Positions 41,171 through 54,807 are shown, counted from the stretch's first letter. The stretch: 64,000 nucleotides of DNA from Octopus sinensis (GCF_006345805.1 NC_043000.1:129890001-129954000), one strand, 5' to 3'. Numbers and translations: made by a program. Notes: generated by a model not told the origin, from the letters alone.

Positions 41171-43336
41171 CAATCGACCACGTAGTGGCCTACACGTGAT
41201 TCGTCAAATCGTAGTAATTCTATGGTCATTGCGGCATACATCGATTAAATCCAGAAGATCAAAAATATTCCAGCGCTGATCATCACATCTTTATAGATAT
41301 AAAGGACTTCATTGTATGATTCCTTTTTTGTTATAGATAACATGAGATGATATGCAGTTATAAAGCTCCTGTGAATACCATTTATTACAGTTTTAAGAGT
41401 CATGCTCGAGGGAATCTGATGGATCTGATCCATATCGAAACTATATCTCTTTTATATTTAAATACAGCAATAGGACGAGAGACACTCCTTCCAGTTTTAT
41501 AATATTCTCCATATATACTGTGCTAACCTTTGCACATCAACGGTTCTTCGGTACAGTTACATAACATGAACCACTTGAATACATCGTGTGCGTGAAGCAG
41601 TATAGTCTGTTGCTGTTGGTATTGCATTTTGTTGCATAAGAAACCCACAATCTAGCGGACCTAGGATCAAAAACATTCCATTTGTAATGACATCCGCGTG
41701 AACATAATTTTCAGGAGTGTTGTATACAAGATCGCATTATATAATGCGTTCATTTACCATGGCGGTATGGTAGAATTTGATAGCGGTTTGGCTGCGATTT
41801 CTTGGTCATATGCCTCCTATAAGACCACCTGGCTGGTTCGTACAATGCTTTGATCTTTCCTTTAGCAGACTGGTATCCTATGGATTTGGTCAAGCCTGTT
41901 TTTGAACTCTTTCACTCCAAAGCATACAAACATGTGCACATCTCTTTAGTCACATATATATAAAAGAATTTAAATATGCATTTATAGGAGAGTGCAATCG
42001 GACTGTACCACAATCATAACTTTAGCAAAGTCTGGGGTGACCCAAATGAAACAACATCTGAACCAAGAACTGAATTAAGCTAAACATTTGTAACATAGAA
42101 CACTTATCGCTTATTCTATGTCACTCCCACACATCCATACACAATCTTAATTATCAACAATGTCTACTAAAGAAACGCCGACAAGAACTTTTTTTAAAAG
42201 TCGCTTTTAAGTAAATGACCCCATCCTATCCCCAATCTGTTATATATCTACAAACGTATCCACTGTAGTATCTACAATGTAGAAGCTATGGGAATGTTTA
42301 CAATGCGGTTAGAATTCTAGGTCAATCCCTGTACTAAGATTTAGATTCCAGGTTAATCCATTAAAGATTTCATTTGTTGAGAAGTAAGAAAGCAATGTAA
42401 ACTTGAGATTTGTAAAGTATGTGGCACATGGGAAACCGAAGAGTATTTTCTAAACCCAGTTTTGATTTGCGTTTGTGTATTCTTTAAATTGTTCCCAAGC
42501 TTCCGTTTTACAACACTGTGTTAGAAATGTGGAAATCTAAAGAGCCAACATAGTCATTCGACACAGCTTACTGAACAGTGATTAAAAAGCTAGCATTAGT
42601 TAATTATAAAGTGAGAGGAAAAATTATATTTCTTTAAAATAATTTGACTTTTTCAGCAGATACTAACTTAATTTTTCTTATGCTTTTTATACGTCGACTC
42701 TCCTTCAAATGTCAAGGAACATAAATTTCCTTCAAATGCTAAGGGTAGTTAAAGAACATGAATTAGATTATGAAATAATAATTCATTCTAGTTCAAACAG
42801 CTTTCACAAATGACTTACTAACTGTATCGTTGCAGCTGAGTGAGCACTAAAGCCTTATCGTCAAACTTGGATTCAAGTAAAAATAAAAATTAAAACAAAT
42901 ACAAGCATTATAATCATGTACTGATCAGAACATTTTTTCTAATCAAAAAGATCTGGATGGATGTTACCCATGGTGACATATTAACGTTTTAATGTTACTT
43001 TATAGAATATATTTGTATACTTGAAGCTAAAAGAAAAAATTATATGCAATATGCAATGCAAATAACCTAATACACACGCGTGCACACATACACACAAATA
43101 TATGCTTTATTTGTGGGTTACAAAAGGCTACCAATGGTTTCAAATCAAGAGAGATCTATATAATTGTTCAACCGCATTAGGGATAAAATCCGAAAAGAAC
43201 GAAGTGGAAAATGAAAACTTTGACCATCTAGTTTCCTGGACCAATTGGTTTCTGATTTTAGTTTTGCAAATAAGATAATTTGCTAGGTGAAATCGTCATC
43301 AACAGGTACACCCCAGATCAAATATATAGGACATTT

Positions 43337-43521
43337 ATCTGTAAATGTAATATGTGACAATTATTCAGTAGCCATGATAAAACTCCAAGTTTCGGATGCC
43401 GAGGTGGAAATATACGCCGTCATCTCTTCAGTTATCCGGCCATCGGATAAATGCTAACCTCGGTATCCGAAACTCGGAGTTTTATCATTGCTACCGAATA
43501 ATTGTCACATATTACATTTAC

Positions 43522-43525
<4 letters not shown>
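43337..43525. mobile_element. Penelope-like pseudo-LTR foldback, copy 2
   Basis: Arms 43337-43404 and 43458-43525 pair at 64 of 68 positions. It abuts (TA)n. Confidence 0.82.
43376..43436 (-). ncRNA. Type I hammerhead ribozyme motif with intact core
   Basis: GATAA-CTGAAGA-GATG..CATC-C-GAAA-CTTGGAG-TT-TTATC. Helix I is GATAA/TTATC, helix II is GATG/CATC, helix III is short and near-palindromic, and the triplet is GUU. Confidence 0.72.
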
Positions 43526-43565
<40 letters not shown>

Positions 43566-43567
<2 letters not shown>

Positions 43568-43705
43568 GACAGGCTTCTGTCAGTTTCTGTCTACCAAATG
43601 TACTCAGAGGGCTATAGTGGAAGACTGTTGCTCAAAGTTCCACCCAGTGGAAATGAATCCAGACGCATGAGGTTGGGAAGAAAGTTTCTTACCACACGGC
43701 CGTAT
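43566..43705 (-). mobile_element. Degenerate SINE family A 5' half
   Basis: GGCTTCTGTCAGTTTCTGTCTACCAAAT..GCTATAGTGGAAGAC..TTACCACACGGCC. Confidence 0.8.
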
Positions 43706-45857
43706 ATATAGTTAAAAATATAGAGGTGCACGAGGGTTCCCACATAAGTTAATCAAAGAAATAGTCTATGTGAAACACAGTTTCTTACAATTACAAATTG
43801 GAAACGGGTATCAACGTTTCCATGTTGTATAGGAGAGCAATTGTAAAGAACTGCCCTACATGAGACCATTCGTAATCATATTAAGCCACAAATAAGGAAT
43901 ATTTATCCACTAATGCGGTTTAGATAACCCATCATCATTGTCCGACAGCAGCGTGTGCGTATGTGTATGTGTGTGTATGCGCGCGAGCGTGCATGTGCTT
44001 GTGCAATATAAGTCATCCTCGTGGCTCACCGCTAACGTATTAACATAAAGATATCTCGAAGGTTTCTGTGGGAGATATTTAGCATCTTAAAATTTTAAAT
44101 AAAAAATATGCAATATTTCTGATAATGTAATCAGAAATAATTTGTCTCCATACAATCGGGGATTAGATAATGATAGTATCTTTGTCTGAATTGAGCCGGA
44201 GTTGAAGCCTAAATGGAATCAATAAAAGGATGGAAAAAGAGAGTCTCAACGACTATTTTACATCTTAAAAAGGCATTTGTTACCGTTGTTAATAGAAGGG
44301 AACTAAATCATTTTATAACGTCAGTGGAAAATAAAAGACTACATTTGAGTCGATAAAGAAGTCTCTGTGTAGTTATGCGTGTTGCATGAAATAGCCATCA
44401 AATCTATCTCTTTCACTGGAGGAGTTAGATTTGATGGCAAAAAGTTAGTGCCATAAAAACTTGCGAAAAACACTGGTTAATGTAATCCGAGGTATCGAAA
44501 AATCACAAAATGCGATTGGGCAGTAAATGCAGTTAATCCCAAGGAATAAAAGACAGACAAAGAATAAACGGAAAAGAAAAAGACTAACAACAAATAACTA
44601 TGAAATATGTGACTTAATTTTTATTCCTAGTTACAACAAAAATCTTCATTTGCGACAGACGCTCTAATCTAGTTGTCTTATTTATAATTAACAATATATC
44701 ATTCATATAGTCTCTCCTGGGGCAGAATGAAGGCGTTTTTTTTTTCTTCTTAAGATAAAATAAGGCATATAATTATAGACTATAATTAGACATTAATCAT
44801 CATCAGGCTAATACTTCATGTCCTGTTTAAGGAATTTCGTTATACCCTAAAGTGAGATACTTATCTCTGCTTCCTTGAGCATTCATAGCTAATTATGAGT
44901 TTATAATTAACCTAGCATTAAGATATTGGAAACAAACGTTGATAATTTCGGAATATCGTCCGTGCTTATTCCCAGCAGCAGAAGTAGAGGAACAGCAACT
45001 CAGCAACCGCAGCAGTAGTTGTTGTTGTCGTCGCCATAGCAGCAACAGCAGCAGCAGCAGTAGTAGAGGTGGTGGTACATGCAGTAGTAGCAGTTTATCT
45101 ACTGTCAACCCATTTCTAATAGATCTGTGAGTAAATGTGATCCGGCTCTGAACTTCCTGCTTAATCCCATCCAGACTGTAGAGGGTGTACATAGTTCAAT
45201 GTGTACGGTTTTTTTTTTTTTTGAAAGGTAGTAGGGCGTGAGTTGCATGATTGTTTTAGTACTCACTTTTTTTATCGCCTTTTTTGCCGCAGCTCAGTAT
45301 TGTAATTTCATAAAATGAAGACTTTTAGACAATGGTATAATACAGAGGCAATTGTGCTAGTTGCAGAATGGACTACTAATGAAAATTAACTCCTTTTACG
45401 AATCATTAAGAAAAGTTTCATTTGCATAACTAGTGGCATTTTATACATTTTCACACCTTGCTGAAATGAGATAATTTATAATTAAGTATTCGTCTTAATT
45501 ATAGAAGAACAATTTGGTGTCTTCTCAGATATTAATGTTCATATGATTATTCCATTGGCCGCTGAAATAGTTGGAATAACATATTGCCACTTCTTTATGT
45601 AGGTTCAAAATATGTAAATGTTTTTACTATACAAAACTTAACAGAAACCAAGGAAAATCTTGGTTTGTATGTTAGATTCTGCACACAGACAATATCACAC
45701 ACACACATGCATAAACACACTTATACATACATATGTGTATGTGTGCACGCATTTACATGTTTATATTTTGGGTAGGTCGGGAATGTAGAATCAGTGAATT
45801 TAGAAACTCAAACATATCCTGCGAACTGCTGTTGCACTACTACTACTACTACTACTA

Positions 45858-45899
<42 letters not shown>

Positions 45900-46582
45900 A
45901 GCAGCAACAACAAAAATATACACAAATGCATTGCAGTAACGAGATGTCTTGTATATTATTGAAAGACAATGTAAGTTTGAAAATAACCATACATTTCATA
46001 TGCTGTCAATATATTCTTGGCTTCAAGACTTAACGATATACTTTAGCAGCCATCTCCCAGCAATTTACTGAACGGTTCGTGTCATAACTTTATATATATC
46101 AGAGGTCACCTAGCAATATACTTTTCATATACTCATATCCGAGTAAAAATTTCTGTGTATTGCACCTTGGTAATATTTCCCATGTATCACGGCAGAGTTA
46201 TATTTTTAAATGTTGTAATTAATGAGTTTCGACTTCCGTAAGTAATTACACTTTTGTGCTTGTATTGGGATTTCATAAATTCCATTTGCTTTACCTTCCA
46301 AACCTCAAATCGAGTACCAAATGCGAGATACATTTTGAGTCATACATACATTTTATAAACGCAGATTCATAAAAATGGCTGTTAAAGATTAAAAGGCTTG
46401 GAACACCCAGAATTATCGTATAGAGTATCTTCAGTTTACATCAGATATTAAAAACATGTTCAACACATTACGTACACACACACACTCGCGCGCGCGCGCG
46501 TGTGTATGTGTGTGTGTATGTATGGTGTACAGTGAAATGGAAATATAATCTAAGGACAGAGCATAAGTTTCAGATATAACAC

Positions 46583-46742
46583 ACAGGCGTAGCTGTGTGG
46601 TAAGAAGCTTACTTCCCAATCATATGGTTCCGGGTTCAGTCCCGCTGCGTGGCACTTTGGACAATTGTCTTCTACTATAGCCTCGGTCCGATCAAAGCTG
46701 TGGGAGTTGATTTGGTAGAAACTGAAAGAAGCCTGTAGTATA
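46583..46742 (+). mobile_element. SINE family A 5' half
   Basis: GCTGTGTGGTAAGAAGCTT..GGTTCCGGGTTCAGTCCC..CTATAGCCTCGG..GAAACTGAAAGAAGCC. Confidence 0.88.
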
Positions 46743-46764
46743 TATATATATAGAGAGAGAGTAG

Positions 46765-47412
46765 TGACTACTGAGGATATGCGAAGACTTGAAAAAAATG
46801 AAGAGCCAGCTTGCTTCGCAGGACGAGCAATGTTAGTATGCATATACGACATAGTGTAAGTGATTTGAGAGACAAACTGGGTATAAGAGGCATAATATGA
46901 AGTGTGCAACTGAGAATACCGCGCTGGTATGGCCATATAATACGTATGAACGAGAAGAGTTTCATCAAGTGCTGCCAATCTCTAATTGTAGAGAGAAAAT
47001 GAGGGAGGACAGACCCGGGAATACGTGGGATGAAGTAGTGGTAACGAATCTACAACACGCTGGGACTCTCATATGGGATGACAGAGGACTGAGACCACTG
47101 GTGGTTTGTTGTGCTTGAAAAGACACGTCAAGCAATGTAAAAACGTGGTTGCCCTTGCAGACAGGCTCGTCCGTTGCAACCCTCTCAAACTGAGTAAGCC
47201 TAATCTTGCGGGTCGTAAGTGCTGGTACCATGTAAAAGGCACCCGTGCCCGTCCTGCGTAAAGGCACACAGTAAACTCTGTAAAGTGGTTAGCGTTGTAA
47301 AGGGCATCCTGCCGTAGAAACATTACCACAACAGACATGGCGACTAAACAGCCCTTCACCCGGTCATCTCCTGTCAAACCGTCCAACTCATTCCAGCATG
47401 GAAAACGGATGT
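46765..47412 (+). mobile_element. RTE-clade LINE 3' fragment
   Basis: DMRRLEKNE..SLLR..LRDKLGIRGI..RWYGHIIRM..RPRNTWDEVV across frameshifts, followed by a UTR ending CCAGCATGGAAAACGGATGTTA. Confidence 0.85.
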
Positions 47413-47417
47413 TAGAA

Positions 47418-47478
<61 letters not shown>

Positions 47479-47981
47479 ATACATGAAAGCGTCTACGGAA
47501 AGGATCAGAGAAACTGTAAATCAAATTTACTATTTTCATTTCTTCCTTTTTCAGTATGACTTATCGACCAGCACTAACATTAATGAACTTTGTACATTCA
47601 AACAGATTGATATACAGTTTTGATATTATTGACTGCTATGAACATTCAAGCTTACACCCGTCCTCCTAATTCATAATGCTAAATTTATCTGAACATGTTG
47701 CTTTGTCAACACTGAAACATTTTAATTTGTTAACATTGAAATATTTTAATTTGTCACCATTGAAACTTTTAAATATGTCTTTTTTTTAAATTCATAATTT
47801 TAGACTTTTACCATTGATAAACAAAGATGTTTTTTCTAATTCATAATTTTAAAAGTTTACCATTGATAAAAAAAAATATTGTTGAAACTAAATCGGTATA
47901 TATGTACATAAATGTATTTTAAAGATTTACAATATTTTAAAATTTAGGTGCATTTTTAACAACACATTTTTTCTCTCTCTC

Positions 47982-48055
<74 letters not shown>

Positions 48056-48135
48056 GTATATTTATTTATTTTATCTAATTTCAGCTCACGAGCTGTGGCC
48101 ATGCTAGGGCACCGCCATTAAGTATTATGACCCCG

Positions 48136-48192
<57 letters not shown>

Positions 48193-48229
48193 AATAAATT
48201 GAATAGAAAGATTCAATTGACAATCCATA

Positions 48230-48720
48230 TTTTTTTATATTATAATATAACATACTATACTCTGAATATAATGTAATATATAATAGCATAAAAAAAATCA
48301 TTAGAAAACCAAAATAGCCAAGCATTTGTTTCGAAAAACTAGTAATATTTTGATATCCATTATTATTGCCAAATCTATATCTATGAGTAATATACGTTAT
48401 AGTTATTGTAGCTCTAAGTTTATCTTCATATCTATTATGTAATTCTCCCTCCGTTAAGCTAAATAAATAAAAACATTCTTTTGTTACTCTAAACAATTTT
48501 TTTATATCAAAAACTTTAAATAAAAGAGATGTTATATATTACCAATATAATGGTATATTATCATATATATTTATTTACACGTTTTATTACAGTCCTTAGA
48601 TTAAGTAAGAACCTGATATTTAATTTATATACCTATATATTGTTGTTGTATACTACTATAATAGCCGACGATTTTTATTATATTTGTATTCATATTCTTA
48701 TTTTTTCTATTTAATATGAC
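48230..48720 (-). mobile_element. Possible highly decayed Penelope GIY-YIG remnant
   Basis: YLFSLTEGELHNRY resembles the YIGLTEGEFK.RY motif. The region is very AT-rich, and a hammerhead-like motif is adjacent. Confidence 0.4.
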
Positions 48721-48780
48721 TTATAATATGTATTTTTGAATTTGATCCGTTAACAATAATACCACTAAGATAAATAACCT

Positions 48781-48860
48781 GAGGACGCTCTGGTCGATTT
48801 ATGTATTAGGTATAGCCTAGATAAACACTCTACAAGGGAAGAAACACGTGTAGCGTCTTC
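48781..48860 (+). ncRNA. Degenerate hammerhead-like motif with long helix II
   Basis: Helix I GAGGACGCT/AGCGTCTTC (9 bp), altered core CTGGTCGA, hairpin TTTAT..TAGG/CCTA..ATAAA, GAAA, palindrome ACACGTGT. Confidence 0.45.
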
Positions 48861-49432
48861 TTCCCCTACAGACTAATAACAGGTAAGTTATATATATTTT
48901 TTCAAATATTTTTTCAAATAATTTTATTGTATTTTATAGTAGGTTTTTTTAAAAAATGCTTAAATTATTTTATTGGATATGACTTTCTATGTGTATTCCA
49001 TAAATAAGGTTATCCTGGAATAGGAGTTGCGCTTCTATTGGCAAAATCCCAAATTTGTAATAATATTATAAATGATACTGCTTACATTGTGTTAGTAAAG
49101 TGTAAGATAGTAAATGTCCTGATAACCTGGAATACTTATGATTTCCTAAGATTTTAAAAATATTCATATATATATGTATATATATATACATATACTATAT
49201 CTATATATGTATATATATATCTACATGCATATATATATATTTTTTTATAGACATGGATCAGACATAGATATACATACGTACATGCACATATATACGTACA
49301 TACACATATACGCACATATATATGTACATACACATATACGCACATATATACGTACATACACACACACATATATATATCCACGCACATATCCACGCTGTAT
49401 ATAGCTATGGCTACGGTGCGGTCACACTAGGA

Positions 49433-49970
49433 ATTTGCATCAGTTTGGAATTCCTATCTCGTTCAAGACATTGACCTCGAAATTGTTCAGGGACGTGCAA
49501 CCACGCGAATACTCTCCATCAGGCATCGACCATACTCTGAACGCATTGCTTCCCTAGGTATAGATATATTGAGGGTCCGATGTCTGGCAACTGACTTGGT
49601 AAACACGCACAAAATTATTAACCATCGTGCCAACAACTAGCTTGAGTAACATTTTGAACTCCATGTGTCTAACACACGTGGGCATGAGTAGAAAGTGAGA
49701 AAACAGACTTTCCTATGACTTTCGGAAGCATGGAACAAACTATCTGCCTCAGTTGTTAGTTGCCGAAGCATTGCATCCTTTCAAACCTCCATGCTTCCTG
49801 AAAATCGCCGATTCTACACCTGATATCCCCACCTCCATAAGCATTCACATATGTATATCATGACTCATACACTGTTCACTTTCCTGACATATGTACATAA
49901 TTCTATGTACTATACCGGCACCTTTGATGGGTAGTAGTGCACCTGAGCACGACACACAATAATTTCATTA
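49433..49970 (+). mobile_element. Degenerate CR1-type LINE 3' fragment
   Basis: VRSHLEF..W..YLVQDID..VQGRAT..YSERIASLG..DLVNTHKII..NTRGH..WNKL..VV..SF. Confidence 0.8.
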
Positions 49971-49984
49971 TCAGTATATCATTA

Positions 49985-50025
49985 TTAATATATACGTATT
50001 TACGTATATGCATATGCATATACAT

Positions 50026-50078
<53 letters not shown>

Positions 50079-50331
50079 GTATATAGGTATGTACATGTAT
50101 ATATATATATACACATACCTATGTACGTACATATACGTATATTTATAAATGTATACGTATAAATACACACACAAAAACATATATTCATATATATATATAT
50201 ATATATATATGTACGTATATAGGTATGTACATGTATGTATATATATATATATATATATACACATACCAATGTACGTACATATACGTATATTTCTAAATGT
50301 ATACGTATAAATACACACACATAAACATATA

Positions 50332-50374
<43 letters not shown>

Positions 50375-50514
50375 CACGCACATACATTCATATATATATA
50401 TATACACGCATATACATTCATATATATATACACACAAATACATGCATATATATACACACAAATACATGCATATATATACAAACAAATACATGCATATATA
50501 TACAAACAAATACA

Positions 50515-50556
<42 letters not shown>
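49985..50556. repeat. Compound TA-rich microsatellite with an internal duplication of about 130 bp
   Basis: The block GTACGTATATAGGTATGTACATG..ACATATATTCATAT occurs twice, near 50075 and 50210. Confidence 0.9.
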
Positions 50557-50559
<3 letters not shown>

Positions 50560-50562
50560 ATA

Positions 50563-50725
50563 TCTAAACTTAGATAAGCTTAGATATGTTTCGAATAAAG
50601 ATTGGTCCAGGCCATATGTAACTTAGGAGCAACACCTGATAGGATTATCTAAATCGTTTCAAGTCAAGTTTTGTGGTATCATGGTCCACTCGAGTCGGGA
50701 GTTCTTGTTGAGTGAGTTGTATCCA
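50563..50725 (-). mobile_element. 3' UTR fragment of the same CR1-group LINE as 5270-6057
   Basis: CTTAGATATGTTTCG..GATTGGTCCAGGCCAT..ACCTGATAGGATTAT..GAGTTCTTGTTG.GTGAGTTGTATCCA is shared with that copy. Confidence 0.85.
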
Positions 50726-50741
50726 GGTATATACATACATT

Positions 50742-50790
<49 letters not shown>

Positions 50791-50793
<3 letters not shown>

Positions 50794-51163
50794 CGCAGGA
50801 GTCGCTGTGTGGTAAGTAGCTTGCTTACCAACCACATGGTTCCGGGTTCAGTCCCACTGCGTGGCACTTTGAACAAATGTCTTCTGCTATAGCCCCGGGC
50901 CGACCAATGCCTTGTGAGTGGATTTGGTAGACGGAAACTGAAAGAAGCCTGTCGTATATATGTATATATATATATATATGTGTGTGTGTGTTTGTGTGTC
51001 TGTTTGTCCCCTTAGCATTGCTTGACAACCGATGCTAGTGTGTTCGGTAAAAGAGACCGATAGAATAAGTACTGGGCTTACAAAGAATAAGTCCCGGGTC
51101 GATTTGCACGACTAAAGGCGGTGCTCCAGCATGGCCGCAGTCAAATGACTGAAACAAGTAAAA

Positions 51164-51165
<2 letters not shown>
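50791..51165 (+). mobile_element. SINE family A, near full length
   Basis: Matches the 6061 and 63414 copies. Confidence 0.92.
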
Positions 51166-51201
<36 letters not shown>

Positions 51202-52006
51202 CAATGCACACAGAAATACACACATTCACACACACATGTATATAAACATATATGTAGACATATTTACATGAACATATAATTTGACATCGGGTTAATTGTA
51301 TAATTACGTATTACTTAAAAGTACACATGTACACACAAGCAAACACACAGTCATACTCCTAGATACACTCATGTATATGCGCACGGGTACATCCACAAAT
51401 ATTTACATAAAAACATTCATGCATCTCGCCTAATAAAAAACATGTGTTCCACATTTGTTGAAAGACGGAGAAGTACGAGAATGTGATCTAAATACTTGCA
51501 CACATACGTGTACCGTAGACTTCAGGTGAGTAAACACACACATACTCTCATATATATATATATTGGTGTGTATATGTGTGCTAGTGTGTACGAGAGTGTG
51601 TGAGGGAGAGAGGAAGAGAGATTCAAATCTGTAGAAAGCAATTTTGTTTTCTATGAAGTTTCATAAGAAATTGCTTTCGCTTGCAAGACTTAAAACAAGT
51701 GACTAAATTTAGATTTGTACCAGACAGACATTCGCAAGCCAGAATGAAATGTGGCTTTTCAGACAGTGGTCTATATCTCAGCAATTACAACACACACACA
51801 CACATATACACACACTCGTGTGTGTGTGACTGTGTATATATGTGAAAATACACACATGTATTCATATAGCCATATATAATGCAATTCGTAAAAATATATG
51901 ACTTTTCAGAGCGTCTATATACACAAGTAGATACACGCGAGACACACGTTTCGTGCGGGTTTACTCATCAGTTTATACACACACACACACACACATATAT
52001 GTAGGG

Positions 52007-52007
<1 letters not shown>

Positions 52008-52102
<95 letters not shown>
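52008..52102. repeat. (TATC)n microsatellite
   Basis: Direct inspection. Confidence 0.97.
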
Positions 52103-52103
<1 letters not shown>

Positions 52104-52150
52104 GCCTATATACACGGAGATTATATATACGTGTGTAAATTATACACATT

Positions 52151-52215
<65 letters not shown>

Positions 52216-53110
52216 CAACATATAATTTACATACGTATATATAATCTCAGTGTATGAACATACATAATTTCAGTCATGTATGTATACGTACACTCGCACA
52301 CATTCACACACATAACTACATCAGTAACTAGTTAACCCTTCAAACTACCAATTTTACTTCCAGACAAATTAAGCATGAAGCCGTAGATGTAAGTGCATCC
52401 ATGCATACATAAATACCATTGTATATGACTATGATACATATCACACAAGGCTACAAATATAATCATATTCCAAAGAACATGTACACATATGTACGAATAA
52501 TTCTATATATATGTGTGCTCTCATAAACCGATACACACACATTTATATGCATATATTCTTTTATAAGTTATTCATTTACTGCTTGTATGACCAACTACAT
52601 AATAATTACATCCAAAAGTACTTATACACTACATAATCCTCTTCATCATTAAAATTATTGCCAGCACAGATTTTAGCATCATCAGCACCCTTCCCCTCCT
52701 TCTCCTCCGCCTCATCATCATCATCATCGTCATCACTAAAGCCACCACAGCCCGCACTATCAACGCTACCCCGTCGTCACTGCTACCTTAACAACCGCTC
52801 TCATCATCATCATTATCATCATCTCTTATCTTCCACATTATTCTCATTACTACTGAACACCAACTTTCTGTAGACAACTTCAGTTAATGGTAGTTAAGTT
52901 AAATGTTAAGGGTTAAAGATGTTAATTGTTAAATCTCAGGTCAGCTCACTGCACAGACAGGATTAAAAGTATTCTGCCTGCGACCATCTCGTCTCACCAC
53001 CACTTTTCTTTTTAAAAACTGTGGAACTTGATGAGCTTAAAATTAGGCTGTATTTCTACTAGTTCTTTATCTATGTCCCTCTTTGAGTACTACTTTGTTC
53101 TGGTGGAAAT

Positions 53111-53483
53111 TGAAGCACTTCGTCGGTTACGACGACGAGGGTTCCGGTTGATCCGAATCAACGGAACAGCCTGCTCGTGAAATTAACGTGTAAGTGGCTG
53201 AGCACTCCACAGACACGTGTACTCTTAACGTAGTTCTCGGGGATATTCAGCGTGACACAGAGAGTGACAAGGCCGGCCCTTTGAAATACAGGTACAACAG
53301 AAACAGGAAGTAAGAGTGAGAGAAATTGTGGTGAAAGAGTACAGCAGGGATCACCACCATCCCCTGCCGGAGCCTCGTGGAACTTTTAGGTGTTTTCGCT
53401 CAATAAACACTCACAAGGCCCGGTCTGGGAATCGAAACCGCGATCCTATGACCGCGAGTCCGCTGCCCTAACCACTGGGCCAT
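53111..53483 (-). mobile_element. SINE family C variant, full length, with 10-bp TSD
   Basis: tRNA-Arg-like head ATGGCCCAGTGGTTAGGGCAGCGGACTCGCGG..GGTTTCGATTCC. TGGTGGAAAT at 53101-53110 and 53484-53493. Confidence 0.92.
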
Positions 53484-53810
53484 TGGTGGAAATACATAGC
53501 TATTCGAGGGTTAAAAACTAGCTATATAGACATTTCTCTCCAAATTCTTACACATTGACATGTGTAGGTTGAACCATGTGAAATGTTAGAGAGAAAAACC
53601 TAGCTGTTTCTTACAATACATACATCGAAAGCCAAACTTTCTTAGAGGCCCTTAAATTACTTGTGTGGATAACCAATTTGCTATTTGTTACATGGAATGC
53701 CAAAACCTTATACAGACCCTTACTTGCCATATGAACCACGGTTGAAAATGACTAATGTAGAGGATTGCTTGTTGGCATGTTTAGGCTTTAAATGCACTTT
53801 ATTTACATTA

Positions 53811-53948
53811 TTTACATTTGACGGATATTTGTCCTCATCTTGTTTGTTGTTAACACAACATACGGCTGATATACCCTCCATCCTTCATCAGGTGTCTTGG
53901 CGAAATTTCGAACCTGGGTTCTCATTCCTCAGGTATTTTTCGATGTTG

Positions 53949-53979
<31 letters not shown>

Positions 53980-54050
53980 AATTCAGGTCACTACCTGGAA
54001 CCGAAGTCGGAATCTTGGTATTAGTAGCCCACGCTCTTAACCACTACGCC

Positions 54051-54128
<78 letters not shown>

Positions 54129-54262
54129 TCAAAAAATACCTTAGGAACGAGAACCCAGGTTCGAAATTTCCCCAAGACACTTGATGAAGGCTGGAGGATA
54201 TATCAACCGAAGCGTTGAGTTAACAACAAACAAGATGAGGTCAACTATCAGTCAAATGTAAA
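53811..54262. mobile_element. Foldback of a second Penelope-like pseudo-LTR family with two decayed hammerheads
   Basis: Arms 53811-53947 and 54125-54262 are complementary. The two copies together give the consensus ACAC-CTGATGA-A-GGCTG..CAGCC-GAAA-CG-TT-GTGT. Confidence 0.8.
53978..54052 (-). mobile_element. Short tRNA-derived element in the foldback loop
   Basis: TGGCGTAGTGGTTAAGAGCGTGGGCTACTAA..CTTCGGTTCCAGGTAGTGACCTGAAT has A- and B-box-like motifs. Confidence 0.7.
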
Positions 54263-54807
54263 TAGCGCAATTAATTCAAATAAGGTACATAATTCCTCAT
54301 CTCTTAAATATAGAACTGTGTTAAAATGTATTATTTCTGTGTTCTCGATAACGTCTGTATATTTAAAAAAATAAACGTCTCTAATGTAGGCCTCACTATT
54401 TCGTGGAAAACTTTTTGTGTACTGTTTAACCAGACATACGATTCGTATAGATTTGACCAGGGAATAATGAATACATCAGCAGTAACCAATGAGAAAAGCA
54501 AAGCAGACAACAGAAACAGCCTAACAGAAGAGTTTTTACGTGGTCAATTGACTTGCTAGAAATAGTAACTAAATATTTTTCGTATGGCTCCCGACTGTTT
54601 CTTAAAGTGTTAAATACGTCAAAATATGTAGTCTGAGACAAGATACATCTGAGTTAATTGCGGAATAGTCACGGCGGGAACGCCTTTGAACAGCTTTTCT
54701 ATCAGATTTTTGCTTAGGGCTAAATAATAATACAAACAGCATCAACATAGCCAGCAAAAAATAAACGGGAACGAAAACAACACTAAACAACAAAAAGAAA
54801 ATTAACC

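Noticed and set aside
48862-48890. Apparent 11-nt micro-exon (CCCCTACAG|ACTAATAACAG|GTAAGT)
   Set aside because: It lies within or next to a Penelope-like relic and cannot be supported without junction reads.
51462-51530. Strong donor CAG|GTGAGT with frame DGEVRECDLNTCTHTCTVDF
   Set aside because: The acceptor is weak, and single consensus donors arise by chance in 64 kb.
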